A program made the translations under genes and the position numbers. A DNA stretch of 64,000 nucleotides from Eledone cirrhosa. Its lineage: Eukaryota. This document shows positions 26,177 through 37,407 of this stretch, in pieces. The stretch spans positions 186,930,001 to 186,994,000 of the forward strand of contig OZ024740.1 in the NCBI GenBank assembly GCA_964016885.1. Reading direction: 5' to 3'. The notes beneath the pieces are model-generated. The model ran no database searches. It saw only the letters and a program-made list of their open reading frames with translations, and was not told the DNA's origin. Each line of letters begins with the position of its first letter. Positions within the stretch are counted from its first letter, which is position 1.

Positions 26177-26803
26177 CTAAAAATCAATCTGTGAACGGAG
26201 AAAGTATTTCTAAAAACGTTACAACCGAAGGCAAACAGGCAGACGCTACTTTGGTTCGTGAAAACGTTGCCTGGCAATGAACATATAATAGCGAACATAA
26301 TACGTCATCAATGTTCATCAGAATGTCGTTATGCAGACAGCCAGGCATACAGACAGATATTTTAAGAGCACGACGGAGATGGATAACCGGCGCCTAACAC
26401 CCCTTTAACAACAGAAAATTGAAAAATAAAAGCTGCAGTTAATATCTTTAGACCGCAAGGAATATATAAATGCAAGTTTGAAGTCAATCAGAGTAGAAAT
26501 GTGGATTTGTATAGACTTTGCAAAAATGAGGACACACAGACAATATCAGTTTTATATATATAGACTAGCAGAAAACCACCCGGTGGGTGGTTTTCTGCTA
26601 GTCGATATATATTTAACACACACACAAACACACAAACACAAACACAGACACACACACACATACATATTATATATACACCCATGTTCATATTTTGAGATGC
26701 ATTATTCTCAAATCAGATTATTATCTCTGACAGGAAGAACCAGTTTATAATGTTTAAGAAAAATTAAGCATACAGACATATTTTAGGAAACTTATGAATT
26801 CCT

Positions 26804-26804
<1 letters not shown>

Positions 26805-26849
<45 letters not shown>

Positions 26850-27037
26850 ACACATATACACACAGACACACGCACAGACAGACACACACGCATACAGACA
26901 CATACGCTAACACACACATACCATACACACACTCATACATACGCACATATGCACACACGCTAACACACACATACGCACGCACATACACACTTAAACCTAT
27001 ATATATGTATATATATAGAGAGACACACATAATATAC

Positions 27038-27079
<42 letters not shown>

Positions 27080-27360
27080 ATATAATATATATATTATATA
27101 TATATATATATATTATATATACACACTCACACACATATAACACACACCCATATATAAAACACACACACGCACACACATACACACACACATATAACACACA
27201 CACACACACACACATATATAACACACACACGCACACACATACACACACACCTACACACACACATATAACACACACACATATAATACACACATACACACGC
27301 ATACACACACATATAACACACACACGCGCATACACACACACACATATATATATATATTAT
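26805..27360. repeat. Compound (CA)n/(TA)n microsatellite
   Basis: Directly visible. Confidence 0.95.
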
Positions 27361-27682
27361 ATGCTCAGCCCCAGTGAGTTGGTTAAAACACCAAAAGCCA
27401 GTCTTAAAGTTCTCGTCTGTAAATTCAAAGAACTCGGCTGTGTCTGGCTAGATCTCCATGGTAACTACTCCAAGGTCGCGCGTGCCATGGCTGGGAACGC
27501 AGGTGCCACGTGCTGGCCTAGGACGCTGGTTGTTGAAATCAGTGGTCGACGACATAAAATATATATTATATGTGTGTGGAATAGTATAAATATTTCTTCG
27601 TATTTACTAACATATATATATATATATTATATATTATATATACATACATTATATATATATTATTAATATATTACATACGTAC

Positions 27683-27722
<40 letters not shown>

Positions 27723-27738
27723 TAAAATAAAAGATTAA

Positions 27739-27789
27739 AGTTTAAGCAAAGAATCGCTGCTTTCACCCTTAATGGGATCTTCTGAAACT
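27739..27789 (-). ncRNA. Hammerhead-like motif with CAGAAGA core, copy 2
   Basis: Same as 26126-26176 except for one stem-II loop base. Confidence 0.6.
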
Positions 27790-27949
27790 AACCAATATAT
27801 ATATATATATATATATATGCAAAAGTTCTATTTAAAATTGTTGGGATACAACAAGTAAATATTTTTATAACTGATATAAAGCATTCGACAAGCATTTGGA
27901 GTAGATATACGATATTAATAAATGGAAATTATATTTATAAAACCATATT

Positions 27950-28014
27950 TATTTCATTATACATATTTCAGGGATACCAAATTAAATCATGGTATGCCTT
28001 CATCAGACAAAATA
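27950..28014 (-). ncRNA. Type I minimal hammerhead ribozyme
   Basis: Minus: TATTTTGT-CTGATGA-[AGGCATACCA...TGGTATCCCT]-GAAA-TATGTA-TA-ATGAAATA. Confidence 0.8.
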
Positions 28015-28269
28015 CAATATATAACAGTTTTACAAATAAGCTTTGACGTGCCCTTTTAAAATGCAACCATTATGTTTGGAAGCCATCTGGATAGTGAATT
28101 GTTTATATTATTTTAATAAGTCTTAGCGTTAAGGACAATTAGAAAAAGATGGAGAGAAAGAAAAAAAACGGAGAGAGAGAAAAAAGAAAAAGAAAAAACG
28201 TGGATAAATATCGGAGAGAGAGAGAAATGCATGGAGAAAAAAAAGAGAGAGATAGATAAAGACAGGAGG

Positions 28270-28425
28270 AAAGAAAGAAAAAAGAAAAAAGAAAAAAGAA
28301 AAAAGAAAAAAGAAAAAAGAAAAAAGAAAAAGAAAAAAGAAAAAAAGAAAAAAGAAAAAAGAAAAAAAGAAAAAAGAAAAAAAGAAAAAAAAAAGAAAAA
28401 AAAAAAAAAAGAAAAAAGAAAAAAG
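28270..28425. repeat. (GAAAAAA)n-type purine repeat
   Basis: Directly visible. Confidence 0.95.
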
Positions 28426-29084
28426 GAAGGAATAAGAAAAACAGAGGAAAGCAACAGAGATATCAAGTCATCAGACATATAAAAACTCAAGAGAGAGAAA
28501 TAATATATAGAGAGAGAGGGAGATAACGAAAACTTTACGTCATGTCATATTAAGTTGAGTTAACAATTTATATGAAATGAATAATAAAAATATAAATATT
28601 AATATTCATGAATGGGACATAAATATATAATATGAGAAATTAAACATTGTTTAATAATGATTATATGTTTAGTTTAAAACTTGAGATCAATATACTAAAA
28701 TTTGAGAAACCACTATCTTACGGCAAAGATAGACAAATATATATATATATATATTCACACGTCCTGAGAATAGAAATTATGTCTACTCAGGTCTACAATA
28801 TAGACATACAAAACGCAAATGATTTCTCTTAATCACTGCTATACATTCCTTGTGTTATAAAAAGTTCACAGTATATAAACATAAATATATACGATTAACA
28901 TTCATGCCTTCATATATACGATTACCATTCATGCATTTAACATTTTGTTAAAATTATGCATATCTGCAATCAAAACTGCGTGGGTACACATAACTCTCAC
29001 CCACACACATACACATACATATATATATATACACATACATATGTATAAATAAATATTTGCGTGCGTCTTCACCAATTGTTAGAC

Positions 29085-29225
29085 CCGCATATTTAATTTT
29101 TGCCAGATACATCTCCTGCAGTTGTGTCATAGGGAAGAGAGCATCAATTGTACTTTTACCTGGCACAAATCAGAACTGCATCTCATCTAGGTTAATTCAA
29201 TCACTAATCAGTTGTATAGTGATAC
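29085..29225 (-). mobile_element. RTE LINE RT fragment
   Basis: Minus strand reads LDEMQF.FVPGKSTIDALF..QLQEMYLAK, matching 62130-62230. Confidence 0.8.
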
Positions 29226-31556
29226 TTTATATATATATGTATATATATATATACATATGTGTGTATGTGTGTGTGTGTGTGTGTGCATGTGTGTGTATAT
29301 ATAAATGGCCGGTGCCATGATAAAATGCAAACAGTCCTCTTTCTAGAGCAGAAGAACATATGTAAGCAAGATGATGCAAGATGATGCAAGATGATGACCC
29401 CCACCCCCACCCTGCTCAGCCTGTGTTTCTGATAAATTCTGACTTTGTCTGTCAGATCCATCTAACCCTTGCTACCAGGAAAAAAGATGTTAAATTATGA
29501 TGATGATGGTGATAGCATGATCGTGTATCACAAGAGGCATGGGGGAGTATGATATACATATGCTCATTAAGTGGTTTTATTGAACTAATAAATGTTTGGA
29601 AATAAATACATTTCAAAAGATAAAGATTGCTTTGTATCTATTATGATATATTGAAATAAATTGTTCTACCAAGCTATTCACATCACAAAATTTACCCTCA
29701 AGAGTGATGTTCTGTGATGGATACAACTGTAAATGCTAGAAACATCTTAGTATGTCTATAGATGAATAGATAGATAGATAAGCAATTAAAGTTAATTACT
29801 AAATAATAATGCATTAAATATGATTGACTGAGGTATAGATGCAATTTATGACTGACTTTATACAAGTATAGTGTTTCTTTCTTCATAAAACATTCACCAT
29901 AAAACACATCACAACAAATTACACAAAATAATCTTTTACTTTATGTATATTTATCCACTAGCTTACAAATAAGGCTATGGTAATCATATCATGTATCATA
30001 AATATATGCATTAACTGAAACTGAAAATAATTTCATAATAAATGTTATGTCTACTTATGCTTGAGGCTTTCACAAATTTAAAGGGAAAATTTCTTTATTT
30101 ATGAAAATTACATCCATATAATTTAACAAAACAACAGTAAAAGTAAAAAAAGACATTTATATCAGATAAATATGTTAAATGTGTTTATGATCAAATTAAA
30201 GAGCAAATTTCATAATTTGTTTTACATTCTATATTTTAAGTTGACTCAATGTTCTCTCTCCCTCAAATAATCTGATTTATATACCAATAGAAAGTGAATA
30301 AAAGCTGCGTTTGAAGTATATTTGAACACAACTTTGATCTAAAATACAATTTCATTATACTTGTGAAATTATCTTTGAACTGTTAAATCATTGTTAGATG
30401 ACCCTTAAGAATTGGTAATATTTCATAAGAAAGCCGTTTTAGCTGTCAAATTTCTTTCATGGGTCGTTTTATTTGATGTTTCTGCTGTTATGTTCTTATT
30501 CTAATTTGAGTTGTTTGCTGTATTATGGTGAGAGGGAAAGAAAAGAGGTCTTACCATTTTAATCTACGCTCGTAGGAAATATTGTGTGAGCATGAACAGT
30601 AACTAATTCTTATGGTAATTTAATTGATATAAATTTCTTATTTCTGGTCATTTACCTTAATTTATTCTGGTTGTGATGGATAATTAAGGCCTGAACAATT
30701 CAGAAAACACTGATATCAGATGACTGCAAGACACATATGCTATGGATCTCTGGAGAGTTCCAAAGAAAATCAATGATGAATTTTTCCTTCTTTTTTTTTA
30801 AATTATGAATGATGATCAGAAGTTAAAAATAAATATTTTTCTAAAATGTTCAATTAAAACACACACACATGCTTAAAAGAATACCTGAATGAGATGATAG
30901 AGTACCTGCTAACTATGTGGAAAGTGGTTGATTAATTATGATAATACACATCCAAGGCTGGAATGTGCTACTATCAGTGGTTCCGAAATGCAGTACGGCA
31001 ATATGGCATACCTACAAATTCCTTGGGAGTTAAGGGTCCTTACATATACCTGTGTATAAGCTGTATCCGTATTTTACATATAACATAAGATGCTGGGTTT
31101 TATGTTTTTGCTTTTTTTATGGTAAAAGGCATGATTTATATTAGATTATTTGGAGAATGAGATAATTCTCCCAAAATGTGGATTAGTGGAAAACGTCTGT
31201 CTTTAAGTTGACCTCTAGTCATACAATTAGGAAGACTCTGCACAGGAGTAGGTTATACACTGAATGAGAAATAAAGACAGCAGCATCAGCACAAAGTAAT
31301 ACACAGATGAGTTGCTCAAGTATTTGTACCAGAACGCTGAGCTCTACATTCAATTCTGACCAAGGTGAACTTTGCCTTTTATCCTTTCAAGGTCAATAAT
31401 GTTCAAGTCCAATACTGGGTCATTTCTTTCATTCTCTCTCTCTGGATAAAATCAGCTATATTCTGACATGCAGAGGAATGGGCTCCGCCAGGTCTAAGCT
31501 TACCATAAATGTAATGACATCTTCTCTATGGTTCTGCCAGGAGTTAAAGGGCTCTA

Positions 31557-31588
<32 letters not shown>

Positions 31589-31904
31589 TGACAAGGTTAT
31601 AGTGAGTATTCTCCATAAACCTATTTGCACACACATACTCACTCAATGAGATATGATGTCAATGTGTGTCCATCAAACCATGTCTCAGAATGCTAACAAA
31701 GTGTATATTCGTATTGTGGCATATGCCTATATATATAAAACATCTGTCCACGTTTTTCCATTTCCAGGAGTATCATACCCTACTTTCTGAAATATCTTTT
31801 ATAGAGATTGACTGTTATTACTGTTATTTCCTGATTGGGATGCTAACATTTGAAATGTTTCTATAGATATATATGTGTGTTTGTTACCTTCAAAGTTCAC
31901 TTAC

Positions 31905-32095
31905 AAGGATTTTATCAACCCAAATCTTGCGTAAAAGGCAATTGTAAATGTACCATACAGCAGGATCAAAGCTGAATTCACATGTTTGTGAAACAACCGT
32001 TTTAACATTAGAAACATGCTTATATTCATACAAAAAAACAAAACAACAAATATTGTGATGGAAACCAAATCGTATTCCTCATACATTCCAGCGTG
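31905..32095 (-). CDS. Candidate exon encoding two hydrophobic (TM-like) segments
   Basis: ttaattcag acceptor and consensus gtaagtg donor. Open frame HAGMYEEYDLVSITIFVVLFFCMNISMFLMLKRLFHKHVNSALILLYGTFTIAFYARFGLIKS, in non-repetitive sequence. Confidence 0.4.
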
Positions 32096-33461
32096 CTGAA
32101 TTAACTATTGTTTATAACCAGAGGAGGAAGAGCAATGCTCATGAGCCTATTAATTGACTAGAAGAATGAAAACAATTATCTTTAGATCTGAGATCTGGCC
32201 TAAATGCTTGCAATAGAGTGGACTCCACTAAAACCATCAGAGAACTAAGTAGTAGTATTAAATCAGGCAACAGTTTAAGTTTTCCCTTAGAAGTATATCA
32301 CATTTATACTCAAATAAATATTGAATTACTGGGACTGTAAATAAACTATTAGATTAAAGAAAGAAATCAAAAAATTTCATGAAACATTATACAATAATAT
32401 TAATAATCTCATGAGATAAATTTAAAGAAATTGTAGAATTTTGTTTTCATGAAAAGGATATGAAAATAATAATGAATAGTAGTAATAAATATAAAATTTG
32501 GCATAATGGGTTAGCCAAAATAAATAATGATAAATACATAAATAAATAGAAAATGTCACGTCATGTATCAGTGAAATTATCATAATAAATATTAAATTTA
32601 TAAATATTTAATAGATAACATATAATTAAATTTGCAAATTTTTTTTATTAAAAAATTGTTGAAATTCTAATGAGACTAAATTGTGGTTCGCTTTTACCAA
32701 ATATATGTTTTTATATAATTTTTGAATATAAATAAATTAATTTAAAAAAATCTATGAACATAAACTACTATAAGTATTCATTTATGTGTGAAGCTCAAGT
32801 GAGGCCAAAATGAAAGCAATAAAAGATTGCTCCTACATCTACTTTGGTGATTCTACTGCACATACAGACATCTTATCTCTCTTGCAAAAAGAAAATGATA
32901 ATAATTGACCAACATATTTCAGCCTTGTGGCCAGAGTAGTGCAGTTTCCTCACAGTGCCTTTCCCATGACCACCATATTGAACTCTGCTCCTCAAAACTA
33001 ATTGGTTTCAAGCCAGTTCCACCTGGTATATCTGGCTCATTAATCTAGTCTCTCAATATCATCTATATAATGTCTAAACACTAGTCTGACTCTGCACTAA
33101 TCTCTTTACTCAACCCTTTTCCAAAATGTTTCCTTTCTAGAATCCCTTTCTATCCATTATTTTTTTCCTGGTGTTGTTCAAAAGTAGCATCAACCTTATC
33201 GATCACACCAGTACCAAAGGACTTATAACAGCCACTTTTGCACTCCTTACTCAGATTCAAATCATCAAAAACAAGTTATTAGAAAAATAGACTAATCCCA
33301 ATTTGTAATTACGTAATCAAAAAGTTCTAGTTCAAAACATATTCTATGGATTTAGATTAAAACAAAGAAAAAGTGACGACTCATTATCAGTGATTTTGTT
33401 TTTAGATGAATAAATATCAGTGTACAAAAGTAGAAAATTCTATATTATATGACATAATTCA

Positions 33462-33690
33462 TCTTAATATATAAAAGAAGTGGGTGTGTGTGTGTGTGTG
33501 TATGAATCTATATATGTCTGTATGTATTATGTATAGATGTATGTATGTTCTAAGTTATTGGCCATAATTTTGTACTTAAGTATCTGAAAGTTTGCATAGA
33601 AGCACAACTTTTCATGGAAAATAGTAAATGATATGTGACATTTTCTCTTATTTTCTATAAAACTGGACAAGGTTGAATACTATTGCTAAT
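33462..33690 (+). mobile_element. Short degenerate non-autonomous Helitron
   Basis: 5' TCTTAATATATAAAAG followed by (TG)n/(TATG)n. Decayed 3' end ...CTGGACAAGGTTGAATACTATTGCTAAT. Confidence 0.45.
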
Positions 33691-33910
33691 ATATCATATG
33701 ATACAAAAATAAGTAACAATCCAAAATATCAGAAGAATGCCATACCTAAGTTTAGTAAAATATTCTAGACAACAATAGAAATAGAATTACTAGAATTCGC
33801 AAAAATCAATAATGCAGATTAAAAAAACAAATATTGTCAAACAATTTGTTATGGAAACTTTGTTGAGGCCCATGTATGTTACATATACATACACACACAT
33901 ACACACACAT

Positions 33911-33950
<40 letters not shown>

Positions 33951-34084
33951 TTGCACACATGTCAGTAAGGCTTTGAGGGAACTACACTAATAATCCATTT
34001 GTGGCATATCACTGAATGGAAACAGCATGGGTAATTTTTATTTTTGTTCATATTTTATTCATGTAGCATTACGTTCACATAATA

Positions 34085-34143
34085 GCTGTCTGATGAGATC
34101 ATACATATTACACAACAGTTGCCACCAAAATACGCATAACAGC
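34085..34143 (+). ncRNA. Type I hammerhead, G12A-mutated
   Basis: GCTGT-CTGATGA-(30 nt)-AAAA-TACGCA-TA-ACAGC. Confidence 0.65.
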
Positions 34144-34292
34144 AATTGTGTATCAAATAAATAAGGTAAACTCTAACTTACTGACTTCTATTTCATTGTT
34201 TTATATATATATATATAGCTGGGCATATCAACTAATTAACACGGTATAATTCATTACAACATCATGTTTTCCTGTTTTTTCTGTTTAAATTA

Positions 34293-34355
34293 TTACTGCT
34301 TGATGAGGTCATAACTGTTGAATAATGTCTATCGCTGAAATATATCTAGCAGTAA
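34293..34355 (+). ncRNA. Type I hammerhead, C3U variant
   Basis: TTACTGC-TTGATGA-(30 nt)-GAAA-TATATC-TA-GCAGTAA. Confidence 0.7.
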
Positions 34356-34550
34356 ATGTGAATAAACGAAGGCAGTTTTACGCTGTTGACTTACACTTCT
34401 TATTTGTACATTACTCCAGAGTAAACAAACCAACCTGTGCACTTCGTTGACTGCTCCAACCTCTATACTGAGGTGTCAGTAAACTACCAACACATACTGA
34501 ACATTTTATACATAGATATATATATATATATAAATATACCATACCAAATA

Positions 34551-34609
34551 GCTATCTGATGAGGTTATAAGTATTACACAACAGTTACTACTGAAATACG
34601 TATAACGGC
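34551..34609 (+). ncRNA. Type I hammerhead
   Basis: GCTAT-CTGATGA-(30 nt)-GAAA-TACGTA-TA-ACGGC. Confidence 0.7.
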
Positions 34610-34898
34610 AATTTTGCATCAAATAAATGAGATAAACTTTAACTTATTGGCTTCTATTTCATTTATATATATATATATATATTAGAAAATATATAGCTTT
34701 CACCGTATTTTTGACTAAAGGAATTTTAGCTTGATAACGGCGTTTAGAACCCTCAGATAAATGGAAAAAGATGAGTATTGACGTATGTTTCAAAACATAC
34801 TTGATATATATATATCACACCCAAAATAAGGTATGGGATGGCATCAGCAACCTTGCTTAAAAGTCTTATTCCAGCTCATGGAAAAAAGTAGACATATA

Positions 34899-36526
34899 TC
34901 TATATTAATAAAGCTGACAGCTGTATGTATGTATGTATGTATGTATGTATGTATGTATGTATGTATGTATGTATGTATGTATCTATGTATGTAACAAACT
35001 TTTGGCAAAACGGCTGGACCAAACGGCACCAAATTTGCACCATAGATGTAACTTTTTCCAAGAAAGAAAGTGAGGAGCACATTACTGGTACTTTATTATA
35101 TACAATATATATATATGACATTCCTCTCTCTTTCTTACTCTCTCTTTTTAGAAAGATACATAGCTATAACTTTGCGCGCTTATATCTCGCTGTATGTCTG
35201 CCTATCTACCTGTCTGCATTGACTTCGCTTCTAACCAACTTTTAATTAATTATATATATATAAGTATATATTCATGTACAGACATTTTTGTATACACAAA
35301 CATACAACACATTGGAAAACAGAACTACAAAAACAAAATATAAACAAACATTGTATTTATTTTGTTAACTACGCAGCGATTTGTATACATTTAGTTCAAC
35401 TGTACGAAAGCACAAACGGTTTATCGTCTGTTCATCCAAGTGAAGCTAGGTACGTCAGCTATACATATACGGTATATCTGGATGCCGGAGAACTCACCAA
35501 TGGTTGATTTATTGAATGAAATCGATGGAGCTGGCCTTTCCCATCTTTCCATCTAGGCGGCATACAGATTAGCACCACCAATCTCACTAAACAACACAAT
35601 GCCCCCTTTGACCTTTTGACTCACACGTGTGCAATAACATTTTAACTGAAGCCAATCACTATCAGTCATGATTGATCCCTCATAACTTGATTGGTTATTC
35701 GATTTCTATGCATCACCCTCCCCTGAATAACACCTATATAAAGAGCAAACATGACCCTGTTCGATCAATCACTGTTACTGCTGATATGCCACCCCAAAAT
35801 CCCGACATGGCCGCAAGATCCGATTTTCCAGAAGAAAAAATGTTACTAGAGCAGCAGAGTCTGAAGATGAACACGAACGTCGCTTTCAGCAGATGGGGAC
35901 TCATGCAAGAGCCAGTCGAGCAGGCCAGTCTCAAGAGGAGCACCAGTCTCGCCTTCAGCAGATGGGGACTCATGCAAGAGCCAGCCACTAGCATTTCCTC
36001 CAGACTTACATAGAAAGAAGCGATGGACATGTTTACAGGAGAGGGAAATATAGGTCAGTGAGGGTCATGCTGGTAACAACGGGGAGCATCAAGACAATCA
36101 AGCAGCATGTTGATGCATTCAGCCGTATTCACCACTATATTCCTTGCTACGTTAATTGCCAGTACATTAAACTAGCAGGCCCAGCCAGATAGCACCTGGC
36201 GGTAGGCCTGCATCAGATCTTTTAGAAAGCCCTCACAACCAGTGCAACAATAGCAGGATTGTGGCAAAACTAATGGTCCAACACCACAGTTGTAATTTTT
36301 ACCAGGGAATCGAGTGATTATGGTTGTTGAACATTCCAGTGGTGGTGGAGGTATTTTTCATGCGTCAGAAATAAGTCACCACAATAGTTCCCCCCTTGAT
36401 ACGTACATGGAATGACAATGTGACTTGAGAGGGCATGCGGTATCTTTGCACTGGAGTAGAGGGGACTTCCTGCAAAGAGAAAATGCCGGTATACCTAGCC
36501 GGGCGCCAGCCGGATGGGACAGCTAG
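34899..36526 (+). mobile_element. Non-autonomous or composite Helitron
   Basis: 5' TCTATATTAATAAAGCTG plus (TATG)n. 3' hairpin CCGGGCGCCAGCCGG (36499-36513), then CTAG (36523-36526) and T. Confidence 0.7.
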
Positions 36527-36535
36527 TATATATAT

Positions 36536-36720
36536 ATTTGTTTCTAAATTTTGCACAAGGCCAGCAATTACCCCAGTACCTTACTTGTGCTTTATTTTAT
36601 CGACCTCGTAAGGATGAAAGGCAAAGTTAACCTCAGAAGGTATTTGAACTCAGACTGTAAAGGGACATAACTCTGTGCCGCAAAGCATGGTGTCTGATGC
36701 TCTACTGATACTGCCAATAG
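36536..36720 (-). mobile_element. Same SINE family copy
   Basis: GCACAAGGCCAGCAATTA...GTAAGGATGAAAGGCAAAGTTAACCTC...TTTGAACTCAG. Confidence 0.85.
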
Positions 36721-37356
36721 AAAATAGACCTTAAACAGTGATAATGATGGTTGTGTGTGTGTTCATGTGTTTTTCTCTGCATATGTGTTCACACTAACAC
36801 TGCATAAACATCCTGTGCCATTTAATTGTGTGCTGCATAAAGATTATATCCCACAGTTTACTGGTTAGTTAAATCAGTGAATGTAGGAGGAATAAGTACC
36901 ATACTTGAATATAAGGGGTGGCATCAGGAAAGGCATCCAGCTATCAAATAATATCTCACATATATGTTGTCCAACTAATGCTCACACAGAAATACGAGCA
37001 TAAAAATGATTGTAATGATGATGATGATGACATAAAACCAAATAATAAAAAGATATGAGTGATATATAAAACATAAAATAAAGCATTGCTCCAGCACGGC
37101 CTTAGTGCTGATAGTTAAGTTGTACTAAAGAACATAACAGAAGACACTCCAAATTATTTTTAAAGACTAAAATCAAAAACATAGACAAGAAAAGACAAAA
37201 AAACATACATAAACATACGTAAACACATTATATTATAAAAAGGAAATTGTTCAACCATATTTTGTCAGGATTAGAAAAATACAAAGTAAAAAATAGACAT
37301 ATATTATATATGTATGTGTATGTGAATATTTACATACATTTATATATGTGTGTGTG

Positions 37357-37407
<51 letters not shown>

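Larger units (their letters stand above)
20600..26564 (-). mobile_element. Helitron, autonomous-type, degenerate, both termini present
   Basis: Minus-strand 5' end TCTATATATATAAAACTG at 26564. The 3' end has hairpin CCCGAGCAACGCCGGG (20612-20627) followed by CTAG (20600-20603) and T. Internal RepHel coding fragments are present. Confidence 0.92.

Noticed and set aside
26290-26325. Minus-strand CTGATGA at 26315-26321 with a short hairpin
   Set aside because: No GAAA or closing stems follow.
26848-27345. ORFs rich in YI, CV, HT, LS or KE repeats (also 290-514, 2866-3322, 28113-28490, 52068-52357, 55294-55849)
   Set aside because: These are translations of microsatellites and low-complexity tracts.
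31905-32095. Resemblance of the two-TM peptide to Ca/cation exchanger C-termini
   Set aside because: The similarity is only generic hydrophobicity, and no alpha-repeat exons were seen. No gene name is assigned.
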